From positions 608,001-672,000 of the forward strand of contig JBNKOC010000012.1 in NCBI GenBank assembly GCA_050294405.1: 64,000 nucleotides of DNA, written 5' to 3'. Under the pieces are notes generated by a model. It saw nothing but the letters and a program-made list of their open reading frames with translations, was not told the DNA's origin and did no database searches. Every line of letters starts with the position of its first letter. Within the stretch, counting starts at the first letter, position 1. Made by a program: the position numbers and the translations under genes. Positions 43,449-52,812 of the stretch are shown in pieces. The stretch is from Fibrobacteria bacterium. GTDB lineage: Bacteria > Fibrobacterota > Fibrobacteria > UBA11236 > JADFYW01.

Positions 43449-44351
43449 TTACTGATTCCTGGGATGGAAACTTTGATGGACCTCAAATAAATAGGATTTG
43501 TCCAGGTGAGTGTATATTTCGGTGGTGCTAATATCCGAATGTCCCAAAAGCTCCTGTACGCTCCTCAAATCCGCACCCGCTTCAATTAGGTGTGTGGCAT
43601 AGCTATGGCGAAAGCTATGGGGTGAAATACTTTTATTTAGCCCTGCCTGAAGCGCAAGTTTTTGCACAATTTTCCAGGCTCCCATGCGGGATAAATTTTT
43701 TCCGTTCTTATTTAATAGGAGTTTGTCGCAAAGGGGATTAAATAAAGGGCGAAACCTTTCCAGATAATTTTCCAGGGAAGTTTTGGCTTTTTGTCCAATG
43801 GGCACTAACCGTTGTTTGTTGCCTTTGCCTTCAATTAAAATGAGCTGTTCATTAAGGTGGAGGCGGTCCAGGTTAAGTCCAATGGCCTCAGAAATGCGAA
43901 GTCCCGCACCGTACAAAAGCTCAATGAGACACAAGTCCCGGGCGCCCAGTTTGTGAGAGGAATCGACGGACTTATAAATATCTTCCATTTCATTTCGCTC
44001 CAGGTAATCGGGTTTGTACTTTTGGATTTTGGGGCCTGAAATATTTTCCAGGGGGTTTTTGGATATCTCCTTTTCTAAAACCAGATATGTATAAAAGCCC
44101 TTTAGGGAAGATAAGTATCGGTTGATGGAGCGGGGGGCGATACCCAGTTCCTGTAACTCAGAAAGGAAATGTAAAATGTGTTTTTCCTGAGAGTGGTTGT
44201 CCTTAAGGCTATAGTTTTTCGGCAAGCTGAAAAAATATTTTTCCAGATCCCCTAAGTATGAACGGATGCTATTTTCCGAAAGCCTTTTCTCAAAAGCCAA
44301 ATGGGCTTGAAATGCGGTTAAATAGTCTTTGAATAAACTTTGAGATTCCAT
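43449..44351 (-). CDS. xerD: Tyrosine recombinase XerD
   Basis: ELLYGAGLRISE, GKGNKQRLVP, SPHSFRHSYATHL...GADLRSVQELLGHSDISTTEIYTH. Confidence 0.85.
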   Translation of the reverse strand: MESQSLFKDYLTAFQAHLAFEKRLSENSIRSYLGDLEKYFFSLPKNYSLKDNHSQEKHILHFLSELQELGIAPRSINRYLSSLKGFYTYLVLEKEISKNPLENISGPKIQKYKPDYLERNEMEDIYKSVDSSHKLGARDLCLIELLYGAGLRISEAIGLNLDRLHLNEQLILIEGKGNKQRLVPIGQKAKTSLENYLERFRPLFNPLCDKLLLNKNGKNLSRMGAWKIVQKLALQAGLNKSISPHSFRHSYATHLIEAGADLRSVQELLGHSDISTTEIYTHLDKSYLFEVHQSFHPRNQ

Positions 44352-44405
44352 GTTTTCACAATATAAAATTGAAAATTAAGAAGGTTCAGTTATATTTTAA
44401 CCGCC

Positions 44406-44480
<75 letters not shown>

Positions 44481-44481
<1 letters not shown>

Positions 44482-44516
44482 AAAAAACCTCCTCGAATTT
44501 TTGGGGAGGTTTTTTT
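44481..44516 (+). terminator. Bidirectional intrinsic terminator after tRNA-Lys
   Basis: AAAAAAACCTCCTC...GGGGAGGTTTTTTT. Confidence 0.85.
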
Positions 44517-44799
44517 ATTTCTGCCAGGTTTTTACGATGTTGTGGAAACATTAACATGGCTCATTAATGTTTATTAAAACAGGGAAAAGCCTAAATACAC
44601 AATTCATGGTAAGGATGTAAAAAGTTGTAATTTATAGTTGGAGGAGTGGTTCCAGAAAGCATCTGGAACCACTGATGCTAAGCCGGCAAATAACTCGCGC
44701 AACCGAATCTCAGCGAAGGTATATTAAGCTAAAAATTCTTTTTTAGGGTGTCAATGCAAAAAAAGTTGCGAGGGTTTGCCGAAGAGAATAATGAAATTT

Positions 44800-45105
44800 T
44801 TAAGTCAAATTTTGGGACAAAATAATATTCGCTAATTTCTCCAGAAAAAATTGGCTTGAATAAAATTTGTTGTGGAAACGCTGCTTTACATCAGAAATTT
44901 TTTGCTTGCGACATTCGGGCAATTGAAAAATTCTGGCTGTAATGAACTCTAACTCCAGAACCTCAATTTCCTCCCTGTAATCGTGAGAAAGCTCAAACAA
45001 ATCCACAATTTTATTTGGATTTTTTTTGTTTCTTTTTCTTTTTTGCCCATTAAATTGCTCTGAATTTTGATAAGGGTTAGAAAATTTTGTCTGGGTAATA
45101 TGCAT
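44800..45105 (-). CDS. flgM: FlgM-like anti-sigma-28 factor
   Basis: D.FELS and LPE.R..KI..VK.R.....Y......KLA..IL pattern; preceded by a sigma-28 promoter. Confidence 0.7.
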   Translation of the reverse strand: MHITQTKFSNPYQNSEQFNGQKRKRNKKNPNKIVDLFELSHDYREEIEVLELEFITARIFQLPECRKQKISDVKQRFHNKFYSSQFFLEKLANIILSQNLT

Positions 45106-45125
45106 GATTTGTACCTGCCTTATTC

Positions 45126-45152
45126 ATATCGGCTTTTTTCCCCAAGGCTTTA
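45126..45152 (-). promoter_or_regulatory. Sigma-28 (FliA) promoter
   Basis: TAAA-N15-GCCGATAT on the - strand just upstream of the flgM-like gene. Confidence 0.85.
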
Positions 45153-45180
45153 AAATTTTTAGCTCTTGGGGTTTTAATCC

Positions 45181-46239
45181 CTAAAAATTGCAGCAGGGCG
45201 CTTCTACTTGCAGAGATATTTGATAAGGCGAAAATCCCAAATCATGGTGGTTTAAAGAATAAAAAAGGGAGAGCATTTGGTATTTTAAAAACATACCTCC
45301 CGATATAAAGCCGCTGTGGTATCCGGCGTTAATGCCAATAAAATCTCTATAAATCCATTCGGCTCCCCATCCGGGGTATTTGCTCCATTCAGATTTTTGA
45401 TGCACCCCGATTTTTGCCCGACTGTTCCATTGGGGTAGTTTTTTCTCAGCAAACATGGCCAAATGATAACGGCTGCTGATAGGCTCATCATTGTAATTGG
45501 AAGACAGTGAGGTTTGCAGTAATTCCAAAAGAATGGCCTCAATGACTAAATCAAAATGGGAATTTTTTTCAATGGGGTTGTAGCCCAGTTCCAACCGAAG
45601 GTTGAGGGCGGCATCCATATTGATGTTTTGGGCAATGTATTCTGCGCCCTCCAATTCATCTTTAAAATACTTGATGTTAGTTCCCAAAGTAAGTTCCATA
45701 GGCAGTGGGGCTGAAAAATAATCGAGGCGGGGAAACTCAAAGCGAAATTGCTTTTTTGCGTTTAGATAAGCCATGTATACAGCGTTTCTAAACTCTCTGC
45801 AATTGCGCTCGCAATATTCGGGACGTGCTGTTGGGTCTGCCCTTCTGTTGTCATAACTTTCAAAATCCAGAACAGGACGGTAGCCAATATCATTGGTAAC
45901 CACCATAGCTCCATAGGCGCTGATTTGAATATTATTCTGTAGGGGCATGCTAACTGCTCCATATAGTCCGCTGGACAAGTCCCCAAAAAGGGGCATGCTG
46001 GCAATTTCGCCTTTAACTTTTTTTTGGTCCTGAAAACTGGCTGGAAACTCCAAAAATTCCGAGGGGGCTCCTAAAAAAGAGGGCATGGTGCGGGCCGTTC
46101 CTGAAAGGGGAACGCTTAAGTTGAGCAAATAAATTTCACCGGCGTAATTTTCCCCAAAGGAAGATAAAGCAAACCAGGGCCCCATCGCGAAAAGAAGCAA
46201 TAAAGGAAAAATTGTTCTCACGACTTCATAGTTCCCCAT
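45181..46239 (-). CDS. Outer-membrane beta-barrel-like protein, possibly PorV/PorQ-like
   Basis: Hydrophobic signal, then ENYAGE; amphipathic beta-strand C-terminus. The ORF-track 5' extension to 46311 lies in a repeat. Confidence 0.55.
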   Translation of the reverse strand: MGNYEVVRTIFPLLLLFAMGPWFALSSFGENYAGEIYLLNLSVPLSGTARTMPSFLGAPSEFLEFPASFQDQKKVKGEIASMPLFGDLSSGLYGAVSMPLQNNIQISAYGAMVVTNDIGYRPVLDFESYDNRRADPTARPEYCERNCREFRNAVYMAYLNAKKQFRFEFPRLDYFSAPLPMELTLGTNIKYFKDELEGAEYIAQNINMDAALNLRLELGYNPIEKNSHFDLVIEAILLELLQTSLSSNYNDEPISSRYHLAMFAEKKLPQWNSRAKIGVHQKSEWSKYPGWGAEWIYRDFIGINAGYHSGFISGGMFLKYQMLSLFYSLNHHDLGFSPYQISLQVEAPCCNF

Positions 46240-46286
46240 CCCGCGGAAGCGGTTCGGGGCCCAAAGGCAGGGTGTTGCGCTCATCA

Positions 46287-46486
46287 TCAAAATAGTCGTC
46301 ACAAGTTCCACTTGTTTCCTTTAAGCTCGATAAGCATACGCATTTAGGCTTCTCGGTTCCTCATTTACAAAGAGTAAACTCCGGTTTTTGGGCGTCGCTT
46401 CGCTCCTTCAAGCTCGCCGGGCCCTTAATTTAACACCCTCGGTTCATCTTCGCGCGCCTCGTCTGAAATCGCGATCATCAATTTTT
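46287..46486. repeat. Dispersed structured repeat (MITE/REP-like), copy 1
   Basis: 46287-46389 aligns without gaps to 51406-51508 (10 mismatches in 103 nt by my count); two further shared modules. Confidence 0.85.
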
Positions 46487-46576
46487 CAAATTCCCAAAAT
46501 ATTCTCACTTCTCCCATTATAAAATTCTGGGGCTATGGGAAGCAAAAAGGAGCTTGAATTTTGGAAAAAAAGTGGA

Positions 46577-47545
46577 TTAGTCCACTAAGATGCCTTCGGG
46601 CAACATATATTGGCGAGGGTCTTTGGGGTTATTATCCCGGTGGATTTCGTAATGGAGATGGGGACCGGTGGTATGCCCGGATTCGCCCACATAACCTACT
46701 AAGTCGTAGCGTTTTACCAAACTTCCCTGGGATACCATGCGTTGGGCTAAATGGGCGTATTTGGTGAGATAGCCATTGCCGTGATCCACCACTACCAGAT
46801 GGCCAAAACTTTGGCTTTGGTAAGATTTAACCACTCTGCCGTTGGCCGCAGCGTAAACAGGAGTCCATTTTTGACCAGCGATGTCGATTCCCAAATGGCG
46901 TGTTCGAATGCCCGTAATGGGATGGGTGCGGTAACCGTAATTAGAGCTTACACGACCGTTGGTGGGGCTAATTAAAGGGGTGTGCACCCAGGAGTTATAG
47001 TGAAAGTTGAGATAGTCCTGAATTAAAGAAAAATGCTCATCGGTCATTTTTAAATTGCTTTCCAGGCGTTCGGACATGCCCTGGATTTCTAAAAATTTAT
47101 TTTCTAATGGGTCTGTTTGGGCAATAAAAAGCTGTTCAGAATTTTGCGTGCCGCCTACTCCCAGGTTGTGGAGATCTTCATCATCGGAAATGCCAAAACG
47201 TGTGCGCAAGGCGTGTTCCATATCGTTGATTTCATCCATTCGAGAAAGCAAAGTGTGTAAATCATTGATATTTGTATTGAGGTCTTGCTTGAGCTTGATA
47301 TTCTGGGATTTGTAATAATTTAAGGTGGAATGAGTGTATAAAAAGGAAAAAATATTGCCCAAAAACAAAAATATGCCCAGCGAAGCGATGGCTGCGCAAC
47401 TTATTACAGACCATTTTAGGGTTTTAGAAATCTGAAATAGAGAATAAGGCTGCGTTGGGTTAGTTTGAACGCCAATTGTTGGTTTTGAGGCTATAATATC
47501 CATAACGCGAGTAAAAAGTCGCTTAATAATGCGATGGTACTTCAA
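46577..47545 (-). CDS. M23 family metallopeptidase
   Basis: TM + coiled coil, HLGID, YAHL, TGPHLHYE. The exact start is uncertain. Confidence 0.92.
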   Translation of the reverse strand: MKYHRIIKRLFTRVMDIIASKPTIGVQTNPTQPYSLFQISKTLKWSVISCAAIASLGIFLFLGNIFSFLYTHSTLNYYKSQNIKLKQDLNTNINDLHTLLSRMDEINDMEHALRTRFGISDDEDLHNLGVGGTQNSEQLFIAQTDPLENKFLEIQGMSERLESNLKMTDEHFSLIQDYLNFHYNSWVHTPLISPTNGRVSSNYGYRTHPITGIRTRHLGIDIAGQKWTPVYAAANGRVVKSYQSQSFGHLVVVDHGNGYLTKYAHLAQRMVSQGSLVKRYDLVGYVGESGHTTGPHLHYEIHRDNNPKDPRQYMLPEGILVD

Positions 47546-47660
47546 ATTAATTATAGCCCTCCCGGTAATGGACTCTCAAGTAAAATCAACAAAAAGTGAA
47601 TTTAGACAAATTTCTGAAATTTGTTAAAGAATTTTAGAAATTTTAACTGGAGAATGGGAG

Positions 47661-48632
47661 TCAATCATTCTCTAAAATGGGGACCAAAAGTTCTTTGAGA
47701 CTAACAAAGCCTAATTCTTTTTTGTCTTCCACCACAACAGCTAACTTTGTTTTTGTAGTGATTAAATGTTCCAGGGTTCTGAGGGAACTGTGTCCTGCAT
47801 TCAGTCTGGCAATAGGCGCGCAGTGGTTTTCCAGCTTGGCATTGTCGCTTATTTTCCAAAGTGTTTTCAAAGAAATTTCTCCCATAATTTTACCCTTGCG
47901 AGCTACAAAATAGGGGGGCTTCCATTGCCCCTCAATAACAGATTGTAAAGCGGCTTTGGCCTTGCTTGTGGCACCCAGTCGGAAGTCATTTGGGAAGGGA
48001 ACCATATGCTCAGAAAGTGGGGTATCGGAGAGGTCCATAATGTGTTTTATGAGTTTTTCCTGCTTGCCTTGTATCTTTCCTGTTTCGGTGCTGGATTCTA
48101 AAAGCAAATGCAAAAGGTCTTTGTTGTAGCTGGCCGCTGCAGATTTTGAGCGGGAAAGTTTTTGAGTTACCCACAGGAAGGGAAAAAAAAGAGGGTAAGA
48201 AATTTTTCGAAGCAACAACAGTACGGGTGCAATCCGAATAGTAAGGCTAAAGGAATAATGGCGAAATAATGATTTGGCAAAAATTTCTCCGAACACCACC
48301 AGGGGCAGGGTTAAAAGCAAACTGGAAGTTAAAATATGCTTGGCAAAGGGGCTTCCTTTTATGCCTAAGTAGTGGAAACCCTCGGCGAGCCACCTTTCAC
48401 CCACCAGAGAATAGGCAGTGTTAGTAACGTTGTTCCATAAGAGTAGAAGAATTATTATCTGGCTTTTATTTTCCATTAAAAATTGAAGGTCCACTCCACC
48501 TGGTTGGTTTTTTAATGCCATGCTTTTCGCCTTGATTCGGGAAGAAGACAGGACACCTGTTTCGGAACCGCTAAAAAAACCAGATAAAAGCAACAGGCAG
48601 CATATCACTCCCGTCAAAATTAAAAATACCAT
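47661..48632 (-). CDS. CNNM (DUF21) domain protein with degenerate CBS domains
   Basis: SGFFSGSETG, LLL.NN..N, FGEIFAK. Confidence 0.82.
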   Translation of the reverse strand: MVFLILTGVICCLLLLSGFFSGSETGVLSSSRIKAKSMALKNQPGGVDLQFLMENKSQIIILLLLWNNVTNTAYSLVGERWLAEGFHYLGIKGSPFAKHILTSSLLLTLPLVVFGEIFAKSLFRHYSFSLTIRIAPVLLLLRKISYPLFFPFLWVTQKLSRSKSAAASYNKDLLHLLLESSTETGKIQGKQEKLIKHIMDLSDTPLSEHMVPFPNDFRLGATSKAKAALQSVIEGQWKPPYFVARKGKIMGEISLKTLWKISDNAKLENHCAPIARLNAGHSSLRTLEHLITTKTKLAVVVEDKKELGFVSLKELLVPILEND

Positions 48633-48648
48633 GAGTCGCGGTTATGTT

Positions 48649-49188
48649 TTAGGGGTTGTTGTCCACAAAACTTGGGCTATCGGGCAGACTTTGGCTTTCC
48701 ACATCCCCATTTAATTTTTTGTTGGCCATGTGTTTTACCAGAGGCAATATTTTTTCCGAAGCGTTTAAAGCCAAAGAATTTTTCCAGACTTTGCCCTCTT
48801 TAAAAGGTTCTGGCACAAAAGAAAGGACAAAGGCAAAGGCTAATAATAAAGCCAGGGCTTTAGCGCTTCCAAATAGAGCTCCGGCAATGCGGTCTATGGG
48901 GCCAAGAGGGGTGGGCTTCACAATGCGCGAAAGCACAAACCCAACCAAAAGCACCAATAAAAAAACTATGATAAAAATGGAGCTAAAGGAAATAACCGAT
49001 TGCCATTGGGGGTAATCCACTCCCAATGTTTTTAAAAAATTTTGGCCCCAATAGTTGTAATAATAGGCGATGCCGATTCCCAATATTAAAGACAAATATC
49101 GAAAAAAGGTTTGTATAAGCCCTGCTCTCCAGCCCGTAAAGGCGAAGAATACAGTGGCAGCCAGAGCAATAATATCAATCCAGTTCAC
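48649..49188 (-). CDS. cvpA: CvpA family membrane protein
   Basis: MNWID.., G.R.GLI, L...DR..GA.FG..K. Confidence 0.85.
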   Translation of the reverse strand: MNWIDIIALAATVFFAFTGWRAGLIQTFFRYLSLILGIGIAYYYNYWGQNFLKTLGVDYPQWQSVISFSSIFIIVFLLVLLVGFVLSRIVKPTPLGPIDRIAGALFGSAKALALLLAFAFVLSFVPEPFKEGKVWKNSLALNASEKILPLVKHMANKKLNGDVESQSLPDSPSFVDNNP

Positions 49189-49275
49189 TTAACTTAACTT
49201 TTCCAGAAAAATCTTAAAATCAATATAAATTTTACAGGGGACGAAATGAAGCATTGTGCTTTTATCGGGCAAGCC

Positions 49276-50145
49276 CTAAGAAAATTTTTGCTGCTGTCTT
49301 TCTTTAAGCTTGTCCAAAACGCTGTAGGGCACCTTGGGTTTTCCCGGTGTGCCTCGCCTGTGGTTGTGGAAATCTGAGCCACCCATTTTTAAAAGGCCAT
49401 AGCTTTTGGCCATTTCCTTGTACTTGCGGGTTTGAAAAGGGGAGCCCTGGCTAAAATATGTTTCCATGCCATCCATTCCCATTTGAGCCAGCCTTCCAAT
49501 TTCTGAATCCCGGTTTACTTTATGGGGATGGGCTATGCCTGTTATTCCCCTGGCTGCTTTTACCGTGGCTAAAACTTCTTCGGGGCTGAATTTTTGTTCC
49601 GTTAGATTTTTTGTGGAATCTGCTGAGAGCAAATCCACAAAAGCGCTTTCAAAATCGGGAACAATATTTTTTTTAACCAGCACCATGGCAATATGGGGAC
49701 GGCCAATGTTGCTGCTGTGGGAAAACTCCCGGACTTCATCCATTGTGATGTGATGGCCTTTTTTCTTTAAGCCATCTAAAATTTTAAGGGCTCTTTCTTC
49801 TCTAAAAGTTTTATAACGAATAAGCAGGTTTTCTAATTCGGGACAGCCTTCTTCCCAGAGATAAGCCAACATATGGAATTCTCCCTTGGCATCGTGGCAG
49901 GTAAATTCCACCCCCGGAATCCATTCCAGTTTGTGGAGTTCGCAGGCTTTTTTAACCTCGGGGAAAGAAGCAATGGAATCGTGGTCTGTAACGGATATGG
50001 CGGTTATTTGATTGTTGGCGCAAGCCGCCACCAATTCTTGGGGAGATAATTGCCCATCAGAAAAATGGGAGTGCATATGCAAGTCCACTTTTTTGGGAGG
50101 CTGGTATGCGGGTACAATTTTTCTGTGGAACTTGGCTTTTTTCAT
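49276..50145 (-). CDS. PHP-domain phosphoesterase (YciV/TrpH-like)
   Basis: DLHMHS..SDG, TDHD, PGVE, GRPHIA, AHP, GGSDFH. Confidence 0.92.
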   Translation of the reverse strand: MKKAKFHRKIVPAYQPPKKVDLHMHSHFSDGQLSPQELVAACANNQITAISVTDHDSIASFPEVKKACELHKLEWIPGVEFTCHDAKGEFHMLAYLWEEGCPELENLLIRYKTFREERALKILDGLKKKGHHITMDEVREFSHSSNIGRPHIAMVLVKKNIVPDFESAFVDLLSADSTKNLTEQKFSPEEVLATVKAARGITGIAHPHKVNRDSEIGRLAQMGMDGMETYFSQGSPFQTRKYKEMAKSYGLLKMGGSDFHNHRRGTPGKPKVPYSVLDKLKERQQQKFS

Positions 50146-50286
50146 AGGGAAAAGTTAATCAAAAATAAATCTGAGCAAAATTTTAGAATTGTTTTGCTCC
50201 CATATGGTTGCATTGACATAATAGACCATGAGATTAACTTTAAATACCGTGGGTTTATTGGAATTTTCCAATTAAGGAGCAATAGT

Positions 50287-51366
50287 ATGATTTTTCCCGT
50301 AATAATGGCAGGTGGCAAAGGCGAAAGGTTTTGGCCTTATAGCAATTCAGAACATCCCAAACAGGTTCTTCCATTGGTGACTAAAAAAAGCATGTTGGAA
50401 GACACTTTGGATCATATTAAACAGCTAAAAACCAAGGCGCCCACTTACGTTATCGTCAGCAAAAATCTGGAAGAGCCCATTAAAAAGCTTACCAAATCCA
50501 ACAAAAACATTGTGGTGATTGGCGAACCTCAGGGCCGAAATACAGCTGCGGCCATTGCTCTTGCAGCAAAGCTAATTAGCAAACAGGACCCTAAAGGGGT
50601 GATGGCTGTTTTAACTGCGGATCACGCTATTTCTCCTTCTAAAAATTTGGCTGCGGCATTAAAATACGCCGCTGAATTAGCGCAAAAACAAGATGCCTTA
50701 ATAACCTTTGGCATTAAGCCTACCCGTCCCGACACAGGCTTTGGATATATCGAAACCAAAGGCAAACATGGCAGTAAATCAGGGATTTCCTCTTTTTCCG
50801 TGAAGCAGTTTCGGGAAAAACCAAACCCCGCTCAAGCCAAAAAATTTGTGCAGAGCAAAAAGTTTTTCTGGAACAGCGGTATGTTTGTATGGAGAGTGGA
50901 TTATTTGTGGAGCCTTTTTGAAAAAAATCTTCCCGACATGTATAAAGAGTTTAATAAGCTGGATAAAGGCGCCCTTTCCAATGCGGCTTTAAAGCGCAAA
51001 ATGACAACTATTTACAAAGCTATCAAACCCCAATCCATCGATTATGGAATAATGGAACACGCTCCTAACATATTAACTGTGGTTCCCAATATTAATTGGG
51101 ATGATATTGGTTCCTGGACGGCCCTGGACAGAAGACATCCCAAAGACAAAAAAGGAAACATCAGCCTGGGACAGACTCAATTATTGGATTGCCAGGATGT
51201 AACCAGCTTTTCCACAGAGGGGCTGGTAGCAGCATACGGTGTTAAAAATCTTTTAATTGTCCAATACGGGGCAGTGACTTTGGTGGTGGAAAAAGATAAA
51301 CGGGCGGACCTCAAAAAGCTGGTGAATTTGGTTAAGGAGAACCCCAAGTATTCCCGTTATCTTTAA
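50287..51366 (+). CDS. manC: Mannose-1-phosphate guanylyltransferase
   Basis: IMAGGKGERFWP.S....PKQ, EP.GRNTA, F.EKP, WNSGMF, SIDYGIME, WDDIGSW; true start MIFPVIMAGG. Confidence 0.93.
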   Translation: MIFPVIMAGGKGERFWPYSNSEHPKQVLPLVTKKSMLEDTLDHIKQLKTKAPTYVIVSKNLEEPIKKLTKSNKNIVVIGEPQGRNTAAAIALAAKLISKQDPKGVMAVLTADHAISPSKNLAAALKYAAELAQKQDALITFGIKPTRPDTGFGYIETKGKHGSKSGISSFSVKQFREKPNPAQAKKFVQSKKFFWNSGMFVWRVDYLWSLFEKNLPDMYKEFNKLDKGALSNAALKRKMTTIYKAIKPQSIDYGIMEHAPNILTVVPNINWDDIGSWTALDRRHPKDKKGNISLGQTQLLDCQDVTSFSTEGLVAAYGVKNLLIVQYGAVTLVVEKDKRADLKKLVNLVKENPKYSRYL

Positions 51367-51599
51367 AAATTGTCCTCGCGGCTGTGAGCATCGTTGCACT
51401 TCTCGTCAAAATAGTCGTCACAAATTCCATTTGATTCCTTTAAGCTCGATAAGCATCTGCATTTGGGCTTCTCGGTTCCTCACTTACAAATAGTAAGCTG
51501 CGGTTTTTCCTCTAAGTGCGCCTCGCTCATAACCACGATCATCAATTTTTAGAGCTGCCCTATAAAAAATTGGGCGTCGCTTTGCTCCTTCAAGCTTGC
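51361..51599. repeat. Dispersed structured repeat (MITE-like), copy 2, with imperfect terminal inverted repeats
   Basis: CTTTAAAAATTG...GTGAGC (51361) vs GCTCATA...CAATTTTTAGAG (51554); core shared with 46287-46389. Confidence 0.85.
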
Positions 51600-51600
51600 G

Positions 51601-52734
51601 CTATTTCGAAAGCTCAGTTTGAATTGCTTTTTTTAGCTGAGCTGCAGGAATTTCATCGGCATTTTTTGCTTCGATTAAGCTAAACAAGCCAAACAAATCT
51701 CTGGAATCGTGAGCCATATCTTTTGGGGAAAAAACTCCCAGGGTGCTCTGCTGGCATAAATTTGCCAGATGGAGAGCAGGGGAATCCAGTCCCAAGCTAA
51801 GGTTGCTTTGGTGTACCAGGGCGATAAATTTACCGTAAGAAACATTGCGAAAGCAGGGAAACTTTTCCGAGTAGGACATGGGAATATCTTCTGCATCCTG
51901 ATGGTGATCCATGGACACAGCTATAAGCTTTGTAGTTAGCTTTTCCTCTTTGACAAAAAACTCCTGGAGCCAATCAATTAAAGCCATCTGTCTTTTTTTC
52001 AAGGCGGGGTTAGTGTCCCATAAAAAACAAACCAATTTGTTTTTGGAAAGGTTTATAAAATGGGATAGCTCCCGCAAAATTTCCTGGATATTTTGCTCAT
52101 TGGCCTTAATCTCTACGAGCTGTTTTTCGTCTTTTAAGCCTTCTTCCGTAAACAATTCGGCAATTTGTTTGTACCTCCAAATTATTTTGGAATCCAAAGT
52201 TGTTTCGATGCCAATGTTATCATATGGATTCGCTTCTAAATCAATTCCAATTCGCAAAGAGGCCTGGGTTAAGCGCTGCAGATAATATTCAATGAGATTT
52301 CGCCTTGAATTCAATTGTAAACTCAAGGTGGGTTTTAGCTGCTTAATACATTTTTGCAAATACAAAAATTGAGGCTCCCTGAAAAACATCTCCGCTTCCG
52401 ATATGGGAAGTGTTTTTGCATTGGGAAACATACTTTGAATTAACACTTCAAATTTGGGGTGCCCAACTATCCACACCTCTGCTTTTTTAACCTGGCAAAT
52501 AAGATTTATGAGTGGAATAGACAGGTAAAATTCCGTCCAGTTATCCGGTAAAAAAATAACCGCCGAATGAAAGGACTTAAAAGAGTGGGGGAAGTCAAAA
52601 GATAGGTCCCGAAAATTTTTATTTGTGCGCCACCAGATAAATTTTTCCTGAAAACGATAGGGAAAAAAATTTAACGCTTTCAGTGGCCATTTTTGGGCCA
52701 ATTTTTGGGGAAATAATTCCTTTTGATTGATCAT
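51601..52734 (-). CDS. GT9 (heptosyltransferase)-like protein
   Basis: A.LRIG and LG.DSPALHLA......TLGVF pattern of the GT9 C-terminus; divergent. Confidence 0.6.
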   Translation of the reverse strand: MINQKELFPQKLAQKWPLKALNFFPYRFQEKFIWWRTNKNFRDLSFDFPHSFKSFHSAVIFLPDNWTEFYLSIPLINLICQVKKAEVWIVGHPKFEVLIQSMFPNAKTLPISEAEMFFREPQFLYLQKCIKQLKPTLSLQLNSRRNLIEYYLQRLTQASLRIGIDLEANPYDNIGIETTLDSKIIWRYKQIAELFTEEGLKDEKQLVEIKANEQNIQEILRELSHFINLSKNKLVCFLWDTNPALKKRQMALIDWLQEFFVKEEKLTTKLIAVSMDHHQDAEDIPMSYSEKFPCFRNVSYGKFIALVHQSNLSLGLDSPALHLANLCQQSTLGVFSPKDMAHDSRDLFGLFSLIEAKNADEIPAAQLKKAIQTELSK

Positions 52735-52812
52735 AATCAGATGCTTAGAATATAATAGTATTAATTTTATGGCAAGGATTAACAGCTTGTTGGAGAGTTT
52801 CGCCTTTTTGAG

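Noticed and set aside
44750..44790. c-di-GMP-I riboswitch suggested by GGCAAACC on the - strand
   Set aside because: The GNRA-capped P2 stem and the following GCAAAGC/P3 elements are absent.
50050..50286. N-terminal extension of ManC in the ORF track
   Set aside because: Overlaps the divergent PHP gene and promoter region; family similarity begins at ATG 50287.
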